In this document: positions 45,072 through 54,376 of the stretch, piece by piece | How the letters are laid out: every line of letters begins with the position of its first letter | Position numbering within the stretch: position 1 is the stretch's first letter | From: a virus | Taxonomy: Duplodnaviria > Heunggongvirae > Uroviricota > Caudoviricetes | Reading direction: 5' to 3' (one strand) | IMG/VR virus record: IMGVR_UViG_3300033069_001366 | Coordinates: 47,108-111,107 of that record | DNA: 64,000 bases | Program-made: the position numbers and the translations under genes | The notes under the pieces: generated by a model | Seen by the model: the letters and a program-made list of their open reading frames with translations, nothing else | The model's database searches: none | What the model was told of the DNA's origin: nothing

Positions 45072-46276
45072 GTTTTATAAATAATAGTAACATCTTCAGT
45101 AGCAGTAATAGTACAATAAGCACAACCTGGTCTCTTAACTGTTTGTGAAAGACATTTATCACAAGTAATAGAACCATTCGTAATCTTAGCATCTATAGAT
45201 ATTACTAAGTCATCCAGATTTGATAAAGTAAGAATAGGTATCTCTACTTCAGTTCCGTTATAGAACATATCTGGAATATCTAGATTATAAGTAATTTGAC
45301 CATTTTGAGCATCAGATATAGTAACCATTGATCCAGCATCTGTAAACCCAAGAGGTATATAAGTTCCTGAACCTGAGGTAAATGTGATAATAATACCATC
45401 TCTATCCTCATTGTATCTTGTTGAGAAACCAAGCTCAATATCTTTACATGATACCTGACAACAAGTTTCTTCAATAGATTTGACTCTTGCTGTTAAGTTA
45501 CCAAATGCAATAAGCAAGTTATTCATTACATCTGCAAAAGAATTCCTTACATTTGCAGGAATCCATGCACCAGGATTTACAGCAGAATAGTCAGTGTCAA
45601 AGTCTGTTGGAACTTGTCCAAGAGCTGTTTGCATTTCTGCAACTGAACCATAAAGATCTCTAAAATCACAAAAAGCATCAGCAATATTCTTTACTTGAGT
45701 TGAGGTAGGTTTTACACCTGCATCTACACAAGTTGCAAAAGAAAGTTCTTCAACTTGACTTGTGTTATTAAGAGTATCAATTTGTGACTGTAAATCTATA
45801 ACTTTACCTTCTAAAGTTTCTATTCTTGTTTTGTGCTCACATACAATATTAATAAGTAATTGATCAAATTGATCTCTATTTAACTGTAGAGAGTTTCCAA
45901 GATTGTCAAAATCAGCATAACATTTTAAGTTTGCTGATACTACTCCAGACCTATTTATTTCGTTAATTCTTTCTTCAAGAATCTTTATAAAATCAAATAA
46001 ACATATTTGATTCTGTTTTATTATATTTAGTACTGATATTAGAGTTACTTGAGTAGGTGCTTTTTGATTGCATATATCTAACAGAGAGTCTATATCAAAT
46101 GATGATAAGTCATCACCTGCAATATCCTCTAGTTTAGTTACTATTTCCCAAATAACATTATTAATGGACTGACCATTACATATTCCAAGATAATCAATAT
46201 CTCCACCATTCCATATAGTACAAGAAGATTGTGTTTCTATACAATTATCTGTATTACAATTATTTACTTTCTTCAT
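45053..46276 (-). CDS. Tail-fibre-like protein (407 aa) with a Cys-rich N-terminus and a coiled coil.
   Basis: N-terminus CNTDNCIETQSSCTIWNGGDIDYLGIC. Heptad-like LEGKVIDLQSQIDTLNN. Cys-rich C-terminus. Confidence 0.5.
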   Translation of the reverse strand: MKKVNNCNTDNCIETQSSCTIWNGGDIDYLGICNGQSINNVIWEIVTKLEDIAGDDLSSFDIDSLLDICNQKAPTQVTLISVLNIIKQNQICLFDFIKILEERINEINRSGVVSANLKCYADFDNLGNSLQLNRDQFDQLLINIVCEHKTRIETLEGKVIDLQSQIDTLNNTSQVEELSFATCVDAGVKPTSTQVKNIADAFCDFRDLYGSVAEMQTALGQVPTDFDTDYSAVNPGAWIPANVRNSFADVMNNLLIAFGNLTARVKSIEETCCQVSCKDIELGFSTRYNEDRDGIIITFTSGSGTYIPLGFTDAGSMVTISDAQNGQITYNLDIPDMFYNGTEVEIPILTLSNLDDLVISIDAKITNGSITCDKCLSQTVKRPGCAYCTITATEDVTIIYKTCISNV

Positions 46277-46278
46277 TT

Positions 46279-46761
46279 TTAATTATTTGAGGGACAATCA
46301 TCTACAATTGAACATGGATAAATTCCACCTAATACTTGTGCCTGATTTGCTGGTGTCAGACAATATGGACTTACAGAACCTTCTTGAGCACACATTGTTA
46401 TAACTGAAGGGTTAGCTTTTCCTCCTCCTATTGGAGATGTCTGAGGTGTTCCATCACAATCAATCCAATCCACATTACATTCACCTTCTAATATTTCAAC
46501 TTGATAACAATAACAGGTTGCTTGGATAGGAGCTTCTGTTGATGTAGTTGTAGGGAAAACTATATCATCATAACATTCAATTGGTTCTGAAAAAGTTACA
46601 CATTTATCAGACTCTCTAATAGAAAACAATATATCAATAAGCTTTTGTTTAGAAGAGTATGATTCAAATTTCTTTGAAAAACATGTTTCGACAAAATACT
46701 TATCATTTAATAATTGCTCAAATTTTAGTTTAGCAAAAGATGCTTTAGCATTTACACTCAT
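46279..46761 (-). CDS. Cys-rich small structural protein (160 aa).
   Basis: ORF with many Cys residues (CYCYQVEILEGECNVDWIDCDG). Confidence 0.45.
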   Translation of the reverse strand: MSVNAKASFAKLKFEQLLNDKYFVETCFSKKFESYSSKQKLIDILFSIRESDKCVTFSEPIECYDDIVFPTTTSTEAPIQATCYCYQVEILEGECNVDWIDCDGTPQTSPIGGGKANPSVITMCAQEGSVSPYCLTPANQAQVLGGIYPCSIVDDCPSNN

Positions 46762-47293
46762 TTGAATATTGTTCTAATAAAGATTTTGCAAAATCATACA
46801 ACTCTTTACCTTTTACTTTATCTAAAGATTCTTCAACTTTCCACTTTGCAGCAAGAGCAAACTCCTCAATATCTCTGAGTTTATCTCTATTAGCAATATA
46901 TTCCTTTTGGGAAAGTTTGCAAGTATTATCTATAAGTTTATCTTTTTCGGTATTAATTTTATTAATTAATTCAACAATTCTAAAATGATAGTAGTGTTGA
47001 ACACTATAAATATTTGGTTTTATAGATTGTTTTATTTCATAAATACCATCTGGTAAGTCCATTAGGTCTTCAGCTTTATTTACCTTTTTATACTGTAAAT
47101 TAGATGCATTTAAGACTAATGAGAAATTCTTACTTACATGAAAAGTATACCAGTTTGTTTTATTTACTGGTAGAACCTCAATTAAGTAATTTTCTACTGT
47201 TTGATTATTATAATAAAAAGAGGTATCAAATAACCTCATAACCTTTGGATTATTACTATTTGAAACCTCTAAAGATAATTCTGTTGTAATCAC
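46745..47293 (-). CDS. Hypothetical protein (182 aa), possibly a fibre-assembly or chaperone protein.
   Basis: ORF immediately downstream of the terminator and upstream of the fibre genes. Confidence 0.4.
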   Translation of the reverse strand: MITTELSLEVSNSNNPKVMRLFDTSFYYNNQTVENYLIEVLPVNKTNWYTFHVSKNFSLVLNASNLQYKKVNKAEDLMDLPDGIYEIKQSIKPNIYSVQHYYHFRIVELINKINTEKDKLIDNTCKLSQKEYIANRDKLRDIEEFALAAKWKVEESLDKVKGKELYDFAKSLLEQYSNECKC

Positions 47294-47342
47294 ACTATAA
47301 GATAATGAAAATTTTCTAAAAATTAAAATAATTCTGGATGTT

Positions 47343-47382
47343 AAAAAGAAAAAGGCGGCAGACTTTTAACTGCCTACCGCCT
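47343..47382 (-). terminator. Strong rho-independent terminator after the 737-aa structural gene.
   Basis: Minus sense reads GGCGGTAGGCAG-TTAAAAGT-CTGCCGCC followed by TTTTTCTTTTT. Confidence 0.6.
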
Positions 47383-47403
47383 TTATATTAGTTCTTCTTA
47401 AGT

Positions 47404-49617
47404 TTAGGAATTAATGTGCATTTTAACACCAGATTTTGCAGTAAGAGTATCAATTACTTGAGCCTCAAACTTCTGAGCTGCAGGGTCACCTTCTTTGAAA
47501 GCAAATACTGCTGTAAATTTCTCTTGTTCGCCTTTTCTAAAGCTAGCTCCATAAGAGGCTTTGAAAGTTACATAGTAAAGATTATAGAAAGCTTTTCTGT
47601 CAACCATAGAAAGAAGATTTTGGTCAAATGCTTCTCTCATTCTGGTATCTACTGAGAACTGTTGCATATGCTTAAGATAAGCGTCAGTTTTCATAATTAC
47701 TTCCCTTACAACATACTCACCTGACTGTCTAGCAATTTGCCCAACTTTAGCCTGATGAACTGTAGGTAATGTTGCGTAATCGCAAGCACTTCCACTTTCA
47801 GTAAGTAAAGAAAGTTCCATTTTAACTGGCATTGTCTCATAGTAATCCTGAGGAGTAAAGCTAGCATCACCAAACTTAGGATCAACATATCCTGCAGTTA
47901 TTCTGATACCAGTTTTTCTTGAAGCATTTTCAACAATTGTCTCAGGAACTACAACCCATGACCTTCCTTCAAAAGCAGGAAGAGTATCATAAGTAAAGCT
48001 TACATTATTAGTAAGACAATCTTCATCAAGACAATCTTCTGAATCTTGTTGAACAGTGTAATCATCTACACAACCAACACCTGCAATCTTAGTTAATGTA
48101 CCAATTTGAATTCCTTGAACATCTGCTAAAATAGATGTAAGATCATCAATTCTATCTCCATCTGCATCACAGTCTGGTCTATTTAGAGCATTAATTCTAA
48201 GTGTTCTTTGTGAACTAATACCAGTACCTGATAATTCCCAAGCTATTGGTGTTGGTGCAGCAAAACTACACTCAGCACCTACACTATGTGAGAAATCTAC
48301 ACTATCAGCAAGTAATGTTGTAACTACTGCATCAGTTGGAACTGAAAGCTTTACTAAAGCTGTTGCTCCATTTTGACTTATAAATGTAGAACTGATAACT
48401 GGAGTTAAGGTATGAGCTGCTCCAACACCATCTGCAATAGCAATTGCAGTACCTGCAAGAGCATTAGCTGCTGTAGTAGCTAGCTTAATTGTATTTGCAG
48501 AAGCATTGATAACGTAGTAATCAGTAGCTGTAGTTAAACCTACAACACTTGTACCTCCACCATTTGCATAAGTTACTCTTTCACCTGTAACAAATTTATG
48601 AGCTGTTACTGTGATTGCATCACTTGCTGCTACAACTTCCACATCAGTTGCACCATTAAAGGTAACTGCAGGGAAGTAAGCTGTAGCAATACTTGCTGCA
48701 TATGTAGCTTTAGCATTATCAGTACTTAAGTCTGTTGAAGGTGTAATAGCACGACTCACATAGTAGATATCTTTACCAACTGATAAAGTAGATCCTGCTG
48801 GACACTCACCACAAACTGCTAATGAAACAGAACCAGATTGTGCAAAATCAGCAGGAGCACTCAATGAGTCTTTTTGACAGAATTCATAGCAAGATGTAGA
48901 ACCACTTCTGCTAATTCTTTTAATGTCTTTTCCTGGGAATTGAGCTTTAACAGCATTAAGAGCTACAGAATCTCCATTGTCACAAACACAAAGTTTGTAT
49001 TTTTCCATATTAGGAGTAGCTGCAGTATATGGATCTACTACTAATTTAGCTCTTACACCAAATTTTCTAAGTTCAGTATGATTGTTGATTAGATCAATTA
49101 CCTTTTGAGTATGCTCTAATGAATCAACAATTGGGTCTGGACAATCACCTTCTGCACAAGGAGCTACGCAACTTGGGTCAGGAGTATAAGAAACTACATA
49201 GGTCTTTGGACCAGCGTAGTATCTATAAGTAGGTTGTCCATGAAAATAGAACTGCATTTTGAAAGCCTTACCTTCTTCGAATTTAAGACCTACAGAAGAA
49301 GCAGCACCATTGTAACCAATTACCCACTCTTCATTTTGGATTTTATGAGGGAGTGATAAATACATGTTCTCCACGTCTTTCCCTCTAAAGAAAGGAGATT
49401 TGTGTGTTTCAGAAACAGCTCCACCAAACCAGTCTTTACCACCAATATTACCTTGGGCAAAGAAGAATTCTGTACCATTTCCTACACCTGTAGCAACATT
49501 AAAGTTAGCTCTATCAAAAAGACCAACTTGTCCTGCTGGAAGATCTGATGAGTGACCTGAAGTGGCAACCCCACCATTTACCACGTAAAACGGTACGTGA
49601 TAGCTAAAATTTTCCAT
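47404..49617 (-). CDS. Major virion structural protein (737 aa), beta-rich and Ala/Thr/Val/Gly-rich; a candidate head decoration, auxiliary capsid or major tail protein, and an alternative MCP candidate.
   Basis: Long ORF followed by the strongest terminator in the window, which suggests high expression. Low-complexity beta-strand-like segment (TVTAHKFVTGERVTYANGGGTSVVGLTTATDYYV). Confidence 0.55.
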   Translation of the reverse strand: MENFSYHVPFYVVNGGVATSGHSSDLPAGQVGLFDRANFNVATGVGNGTEFFFAQGNIGGKDWFGGAVSETHKSPFFRGKDVENMYLSLPHKIQNEEWVIGYNGAASSVGLKFEEGKAFKMQFYFHGQPTYRYYAGPKTYVVSYTPDPSCVAPCAEGDCPDPIVDSLEHTQKVIDLINNHTELRKFGVRAKLVVDPYTAATPNMEKYKLCVCDNGDSVALNAVKAQFPGKDIKRISRSGSTSCYEFCQKDSLSAPADFAQSGSVSLAVCGECPAGSTLSVGKDIYYVSRAITPSTDLSTDNAKATYAASIATAYFPAVTFNGATDVEVVAASDAITVTAHKFVTGERVTYANGGGTSVVGLTTATDYYVINASANTIKLATTAANALAGTAIAIADGVGAAHTLTPVISSTFISQNGATALVKLSVPTDAVVTTLLADSVDFSHSVGAECSFAAPTPIAWELSGTGISSQRTLRINALNRPDCDADGDRIDDLTSILADVQGIQIGTLTKIAGVGCVDDYTVQQDSEDCLDEDCLTNNVSFTYDTLPAFEGRSWVVVPETIVENASRKTGIRITAGYVDPKFGDASFTPQDYYETMPVKMELSLLTESGSACDYATLPTVHQAKVGQIARQSGEYVVREVIMKTDAYLKHMQQFSVDTRMREAFDQNLLSMVDRKAFYNLYYVTFKASYGASFRKGEQEKFTAVFAFKEGDPAAQKFEAQVIDTLTAKSGVKMHINS

Positions 49618-49645
49618 AAAAATTTTTGTTTAGTTTATTAAAAAA

Positions 49646-50317
49646 TTAATTGTTTACTTCTATTCTTTCTTGACTAAGAGTTTTTTGATTTGCACTTTCT
49701 ATATCAGAAGCTATTATTTTAACTGCTTCATCTACAAGAATTTCACATACATCATCTTTAAACTCAACTACTTCATCAAGATTTTTAAAACTGTAAGTTT
49801 TTGGTTTTCTATAATACGTCAAACTTACTTTATCTATATTAAAATCATTGTTATGATAAACTCTGATTTTATTACCTATTAATGTGTGGAAAGTCTCTTC
49901 AAAATTAAAAGAAGGCATTGTAATCCAAACATCAACATTTGCTTCTTCTTTTAGGTATGATAAGATATTTCTACCTTTTGGACATCTACTTGTTGAAACT
50001 AATGGACTAAGTCTTTTAAAATATAAATAGTCTGCTGGTAACTTCTCAGTTTCTACATATAAACCTTTATTCCTAAAGGATAAATTTTCTGACTTTAAAA
50101 GAACTTGTAAGTCATCAACTCTCATGGCAGTTTCTTCATCGCCTTCTTGAGTTTGATTCTTACCGTGAATTTGTCTACGAACCCATTCGCTTATTGCTTT
50201 TGAAAAAGCTTCTTTCTTGTGATAATTCCAAATGTTATCGTAGTCACCACTTGCAGCCTTATTTAGTCTCGAATCTATTTTTGCAGACACCTGTGATATT
50301 GTCATTATTCTTTCCAT
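49646..50317 (-). CDS. Hypothetical head-module protein (223 aa).
   Basis: ORF. Confidence 0.45.
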   Translation of the reverse strand: MERIMTISQVSAKIDSRLNKAASGDYDNIWNYHKKEAFSKAISEWVRRQIHGKNQTQEGDEETAMRVDDLQVLLKSENLSFRNKGLYVETEKLPADYLYFKRLSPLVSTSRCPKGRNILSYLKEEANVDVWITMPSFNFEETFHTLIGNKIRVYHNNDFNIDKVSLTYYRKPKTYSFKNLDEVVEFKDDVCEILVDEAVKIIASDIESANQKTLSQERIEVNN

Positions 50318-51297
50318 TTAGCTTCTACAAGATCTCTCAACGCTTCAAGATCCTGAGAATTTTTAGTTTTAACTATTTCCTGAATTGCCTCATCAATAGT
50401 ATTTCCTAAAACTGTACCAGCATGGGTAACATACTTTTTCTCTTTTTGCTTAATGAATCCAAAGTATTCACCTGCTTTAATATAAGCCTCTGCATAAAGA
50501 AGAGGTCTTGTTTGTTTACCTTTCCACTTTTCTGCATATTCAAGAAAAGTTTTTGGCATATTTCTTTTTTTCTTAGTAACTAGTTTTCCATCAATATAGT
50601 TAATATGATATTTAACCAGTTCTTTATAAGATGTAGATCTTAAATGAGCACCATAAGCACTAGTGTCATATTGTAAACACCAAGCTAAAATGAATAATGC
50701 TTCTGGATCTGAATTCTTTCTAAGTTCAGTAAGAGCTGCGTGAGCCTCACTTTTAGTTACATCTGTATCAACTTCTTCATCGAACTTATCTGTCTCAAGT
50801 GCAATATAATGCGGTATCTGATGTTGTTCAGCCCATTCTTTTGTAGGAGCAATAAGTTCCCCAAAAGCACCACTTATAAAACTTAAGTAGGCAAGTGCAT
50901 GAATAGGATCTTTTGTATCTAAAAAGATGTCCATGTCATGATTTGTCAAAGAAACTCTACTAACGTCCCTTCTTTGTCCCCAAAAGTATTTATTACTTGG
51001 ATCTAATGTTTCAGAACCTCCGTAATAATCTTCAATGGTAGGTTTTAATTCCTTTAGCTGTTTCAAGATTTCTTCTTTCTCAGCTTCTGTAAACCATTTG
51101 TAGTAAGGAACTTTTGTTTCATCCAAACCTGTTACAAATCTTAAAATTGGATTCCTTTCTTTGTCTTCTCCAACTTTTGTTGCAGTTCTCTCTGAAACTC
51201 TATAAAAAGGTTCAGATGTTCCTGAGAATCTAACAATGTCATTTCCCTCTTTTGAGGCAGGTGCTTCTGTGCACCTAATTGCAAATCTTATACTCAT
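50305..51297 (-). CDS. Hypothetical head-module protein (330 aa).
   Basis: ORF overlapping the upstream gene by 13 nt. Confidence 0.5.
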   Translation of the reverse strand: MSIRFAIRCTEAPASKEGNDIVRFSGTSEPFYRVSERTATKVGEDKERNPILRFVTGLDETKVPYYKWFTEAEKEEILKQLKELKPTIEDYYGGSETLDPSNKYFWGQRRDVSRVSLTNHDMDIFLDTKDPIHALAYLSFISGAFGELIAPTKEWAEQHQIPHYIALETDKFDEEVDTDVTKSEAHAALTELRKNSDPEALFILAWCLQYDTSAYGAHLRSTSYKELVKYHINYIDGKLVTKKKRNMPKTFLEYAEKWKGKQTRPLLYAEAYIKAGEYFGFIKQKEKKYVTHAGTVLGNTIDEAIQEIVKTKNSQDLEALRDLVEAKWKE

Positions 51298-51397
51298 TTT
51301 TTCTTGGTTTTTATTGTAAATTTGGTTGATTATCTAGTACCGCCACGTAGAGGCATTTACTTGGTACCAAGGAGTCTTTCGACTCCCGAAAAAATAT

Positions 51398-53092
51398 TTA
51401 AAGAGCTGCAATACCAGTTCTAGGGTTCTTAGGTACAAGCTTTAACAATCTTGTAGGGTCTTTTACAATTGCTGTATCTGCTCTACTAGAGAATTTAACT
51501 TGGTAACCTGTAAGCTCATCAGAACCATTAACAACTGTCACATTATTACCTGCAACATTTGTAGTTTGTCTTAACAGAGGATGTGTTTCATCACCTGATT
51601 CAACGTGCATTTTGATTCTGTTAGCTGCTTGCTTTCTAACAATAAGGATGTTTTCTCTTGAAGTATTGTAATCTTCAATTAACATTGTATAAGAAGAAAG
51701 TCTATAACCAGTTGGTAATACTGGGTTTACAAATTCGTCAGCTTTTACTGGATCAAATCCTGGTTCCCATTCTACTTTAATGTAACCAATATTAGGAATT
51801 TGATACATTACAAATCTTGGAGCATTGTAAGTTAAGTTATTAGCTTGACCAGTAATAAATCCATGATCTGCATTTTGAACTTGTGCAGGAATTTGGAATC
51901 CTGATTTTAAGAACGCTTGATAAATAAGTTCAGAACCACCTCTACCTGTTTTAACAACATAGACATTCTGAGAAATTGATTCTCTTAATGGAACTTTACC
52001 ATATTCAAAGTCCTTAATTGCATTGGTGATAGTATCAAGTGTAAATGTGTCAATTGAGTAGCTATGCTTGTAACCTGCAAGGTCTAATTGGAACCATACA
52101 CCAGGAACAAGTCTTGTACTATCATAACCATCTCTTAAGATATTGATAAAATCAGACCAAATAAGAAGGTTATTATTTTGTTGCATCATCAGATTGATGG
52201 CAATATTGTCAAGAAGGTTTACAAAAGCCATGTGTCCAACACCTTTCTTTTTAGCTTCTTGTACTCTTTCCCAATACATCTTATAGCTTTCGCCATCTTT
52301 AAGGTCAATTACTTTATTATCAGCAATACCTTTTACTTGATAGAATTGGATAACTGCTTGTTCCATCATCTTAGCTTTCTGAGCATCAAACCTTGTATTC
52401 ATATCAAGGTATTCAACACCACCAGAAGTCATTCTATATGATTGTTGCAGTCTAGCATTTGAAAGATAGTTCTTGTATTTAGCAAGTCCCATTGATTCTA
52501 CTGACCAAGTTGATTTATAACTTGAGAAGTCGAGACCTCTAATGTCAGCCATTTTAAGGATTTGTCTTTGAGGTTGGAATTCAGCTTTAGTAATATACTT
52601 AACTCTTGAGTTAGTATTAAGAACTGCCCATACCTTAAAGTGTTCACCAACTTGCTCAATTGGTCTGTCAACAACTGTGAAAGAGATTGGAGAAGTCAAG
52701 TCAAATTTGAAGATAGAACCTCCTGAAAGATCTCTTTTTGAGACAACAAAAGGAATTTCTTCACCGTCCATACCAAACTTGTCTTTGTCAAGACCACCAC
52801 TGATTAACCTTGTAGTAGCATCAGTTGCTGAAGGTAATTCAAAAGTATAGTACTCTGCGTCAGTGTAAATCACTTGAGCATTTTCTATAGCCATTGTTAA
52901 AAGTGGTGATTCTGTTCTTTGTTTAAGTGCCCAAAGATCAAGTACACCAAGGTCCAAGCTAGAAGCTGGAGCCATAGAGGTCACATAAGGAATATCAATA
53001 TGGTTTCTAATACCAAAATCTTTTCCCTGACCCATGAAAATACCAGGTAAACCAAGTTTTCCTGCCATTTGATCAGATGCAAAATTATTCAT
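51398..53092 (-). CDS. Candidate major capsid protein (564 aa).
   Basis: It sits in the canonical portal-scaffold-MCP order immediately after an acidic scaffold-like gene, and its size is consistent with a crAss-like HK97-fold MCP. There is no direct motif evidence. Confidence 0.4.
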   Translation of the reverse strand: MNNFASDQMAGKLGLPGIFMGQGKDFGIRNHIDIPYVTSMAPASSLDLGVLDLWALKQRTESPLLTMAIENAQVIYTDAEYYTFELPSATDATTRLISGGLDKDKFGMDGEEIPFVVSKRDLSGGSIFKFDLTSPISFTVVDRPIEQVGEHFKVWAVLNTNSRVKYITKAEFQPQRQILKMADIRGLDFSSYKSTWSVESMGLAKYKNYLSNARLQQSYRMTSGGVEYLDMNTRFDAQKAKMMEQAVIQFYQVKGIADNKVIDLKDGESYKMYWERVQEAKKKGVGHMAFVNLLDNIAINLMMQQNNNLLIWSDFINILRDGYDSTRLVPGVWFQLDLAGYKHSYSIDTFTLDTITNAIKDFEYGKVPLRESISQNVYVVKTGRGGSELIYQAFLKSGFQIPAQVQNADHGFITGQANNLTYNAPRFVMYQIPNIGYIKVEWEPGFDPVKADEFVNPVLPTGYRLSSYTMLIEDYNTSRENILIVRKQAANRIKMHVESGDETHPLLRQTTNVAGNNVTVVNGSDELTGYQVKFSSRADTAIVKDPTRLLKLVPKNPRTGIAAL

Positions 53093-53112
53093 AATTATTT
53101 TAATTTTAAAAT

Positions 53113-54282
53113 TTATTTAGTCTTAAAACCAGAGTCAAATCTTCTTCTTTGTACTACTGGTTGTTGGTCATTTATCTCTTCTTCTGCACCAGAGCCTTGC
53201 ATTTGACCACTTACTCTGAGTTTTCTTTCTAACTGTTGTGCATTTTTATTTACTGCATCAAGAGATAAATAATTTGTCAGTGCTTCTTCTTTTGCAATTA
53301 AGAGAGCTACTTTTGCTAGCAATTTGAAATCACCTTTTTCAAATAAGTTATCAATTGCATTGTAGATCTTATAACCACCTGTTTCTACAGAAGGAGCAGC
53401 GATTAAATCATAAACTACTGCCTTTTCTTCATTCTTCAGTTTTTGCTTTCCAAGGAAAGGAGATTCAATTGTTTCAATTGCTTTTTCCCTTATAGAAGAT
53501 ACCATTTGAATATAGTTATCTTGCTGGATTTTAGCTTCTTGCATTCTTTCCTGAAGATAAGCTGCTTCATCCTGAAGAATCATAGGTTTAAACTTTGTAG
53601 CAGTAGCTATAAGTTTATCTGTTGTTTTCAATGAGTCAATCTGATCTTCAATAATATCATCAGGTTCTCCTCTTTGTTGAAGTCTGATTCTTATTATTTT
53701 TTCAGCACCTTCGATATCTTTTTCGTCAATATCTTTTACTGAATTTATAGTTTTAACACCTTGAATAAAAGGTAAAACCTCTGAAGGATCATCAACCATC
53801 TCTGCATACTTAGCAACTGCTTGCCATGCTGGAGATTTAGATTGATACCATTGTTGCTCAGTTTCCTTATACTTTTGTTCCAGTTTAGTGTTTATCTGAA
53901 TTTCAAAGAATTCATCCATTTCTTCTGGTGTCTTAGGAATAAAGAGTTTCTTCTCACCTTCAATTTCTTCCTCTATTTTTAAGAACTTACCTGTTTTTAC
54001 CCTATCTTCAAAATAACCGACAGTATCTGTAAAGTTATATTTAGGTTTTCTTCCAGGTTTATTATCTGGCTCATCTGTTAAATCAGGAGCTACAGTTGTT
54101 GTTTCAGTCGTACTAGCTGTTGTTGTTTCAGTTGTACTTGCTTGTGTTATTTCTTCAGTTATTGAAGATGTCAAATCAGTATTTGGTTCATCCGTCCCTC
54201 TACCAAAACTTTTTTGTGATGAAGTTGCTAAATCGTTAAAAATGTCGGCAACTTGCTCATTTGTTAAATCTGTGACTTCCAT
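53113..54282 (-). CDS. Acidic scaffold-like protein (389 aa) with a Thr/Glu-rich N-terminus.
   Basis: Strongly acidic and helical-looking, with a low-complexity TTETTTASTTETTTVAPD segment. It lies between the portal and MCP candidates. Confidence 0.45.
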   Translation of the reverse strand: MEVTDLTNEQVADIFNDLATSSQKSFGRGTDEPNTDLTSSITEEITQASTTETTTASTTETTTVAPDLTDEPDNKPGRKPKYNFTDTVGYFEDRVKTGKFLKIEEEIEGEKKLFIPKTPEEMDEFFEIQINTKLEQKYKETEQQWYQSKSPAWQAVAKYAEMVDDPSEVLPFIQGVKTINSVKDIDEKDIEGAEKIIRIRLQQRGEPDDIIEDQIDSLKTTDKLIATATKFKPMILQDEAAYLQERMQEAKIQQDNYIQMVSSIREKAIETIESPFLGKQKLKNEEKAVVYDLIAAPSVETGGYKIYNAIDNLFEKGDFKLLAKVALLIAKEEALTNYLSLDAVNKNAQQLERKLRVSGQMQGSGAEEEINDQQPVVQRRRFDSGFKTK

Positions 54283-54376
54283 AATCTTTCTTGGTTTTAT
54301 AAATTGATAATAAACATTTTAAATTAATTTACCAAATATTTTTAGCTGTATTTCCGATTATAGTATAATATAGCTA

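Noticed and set aside
51371-51386. The ggagtc-tttc-gactcc hairpin downstream of the MCP candidate as a terminator.
   Set aside because: There is no U-tract 3' of the hairpin on either strand; on the minus strand the T-run precedes the hairpin.
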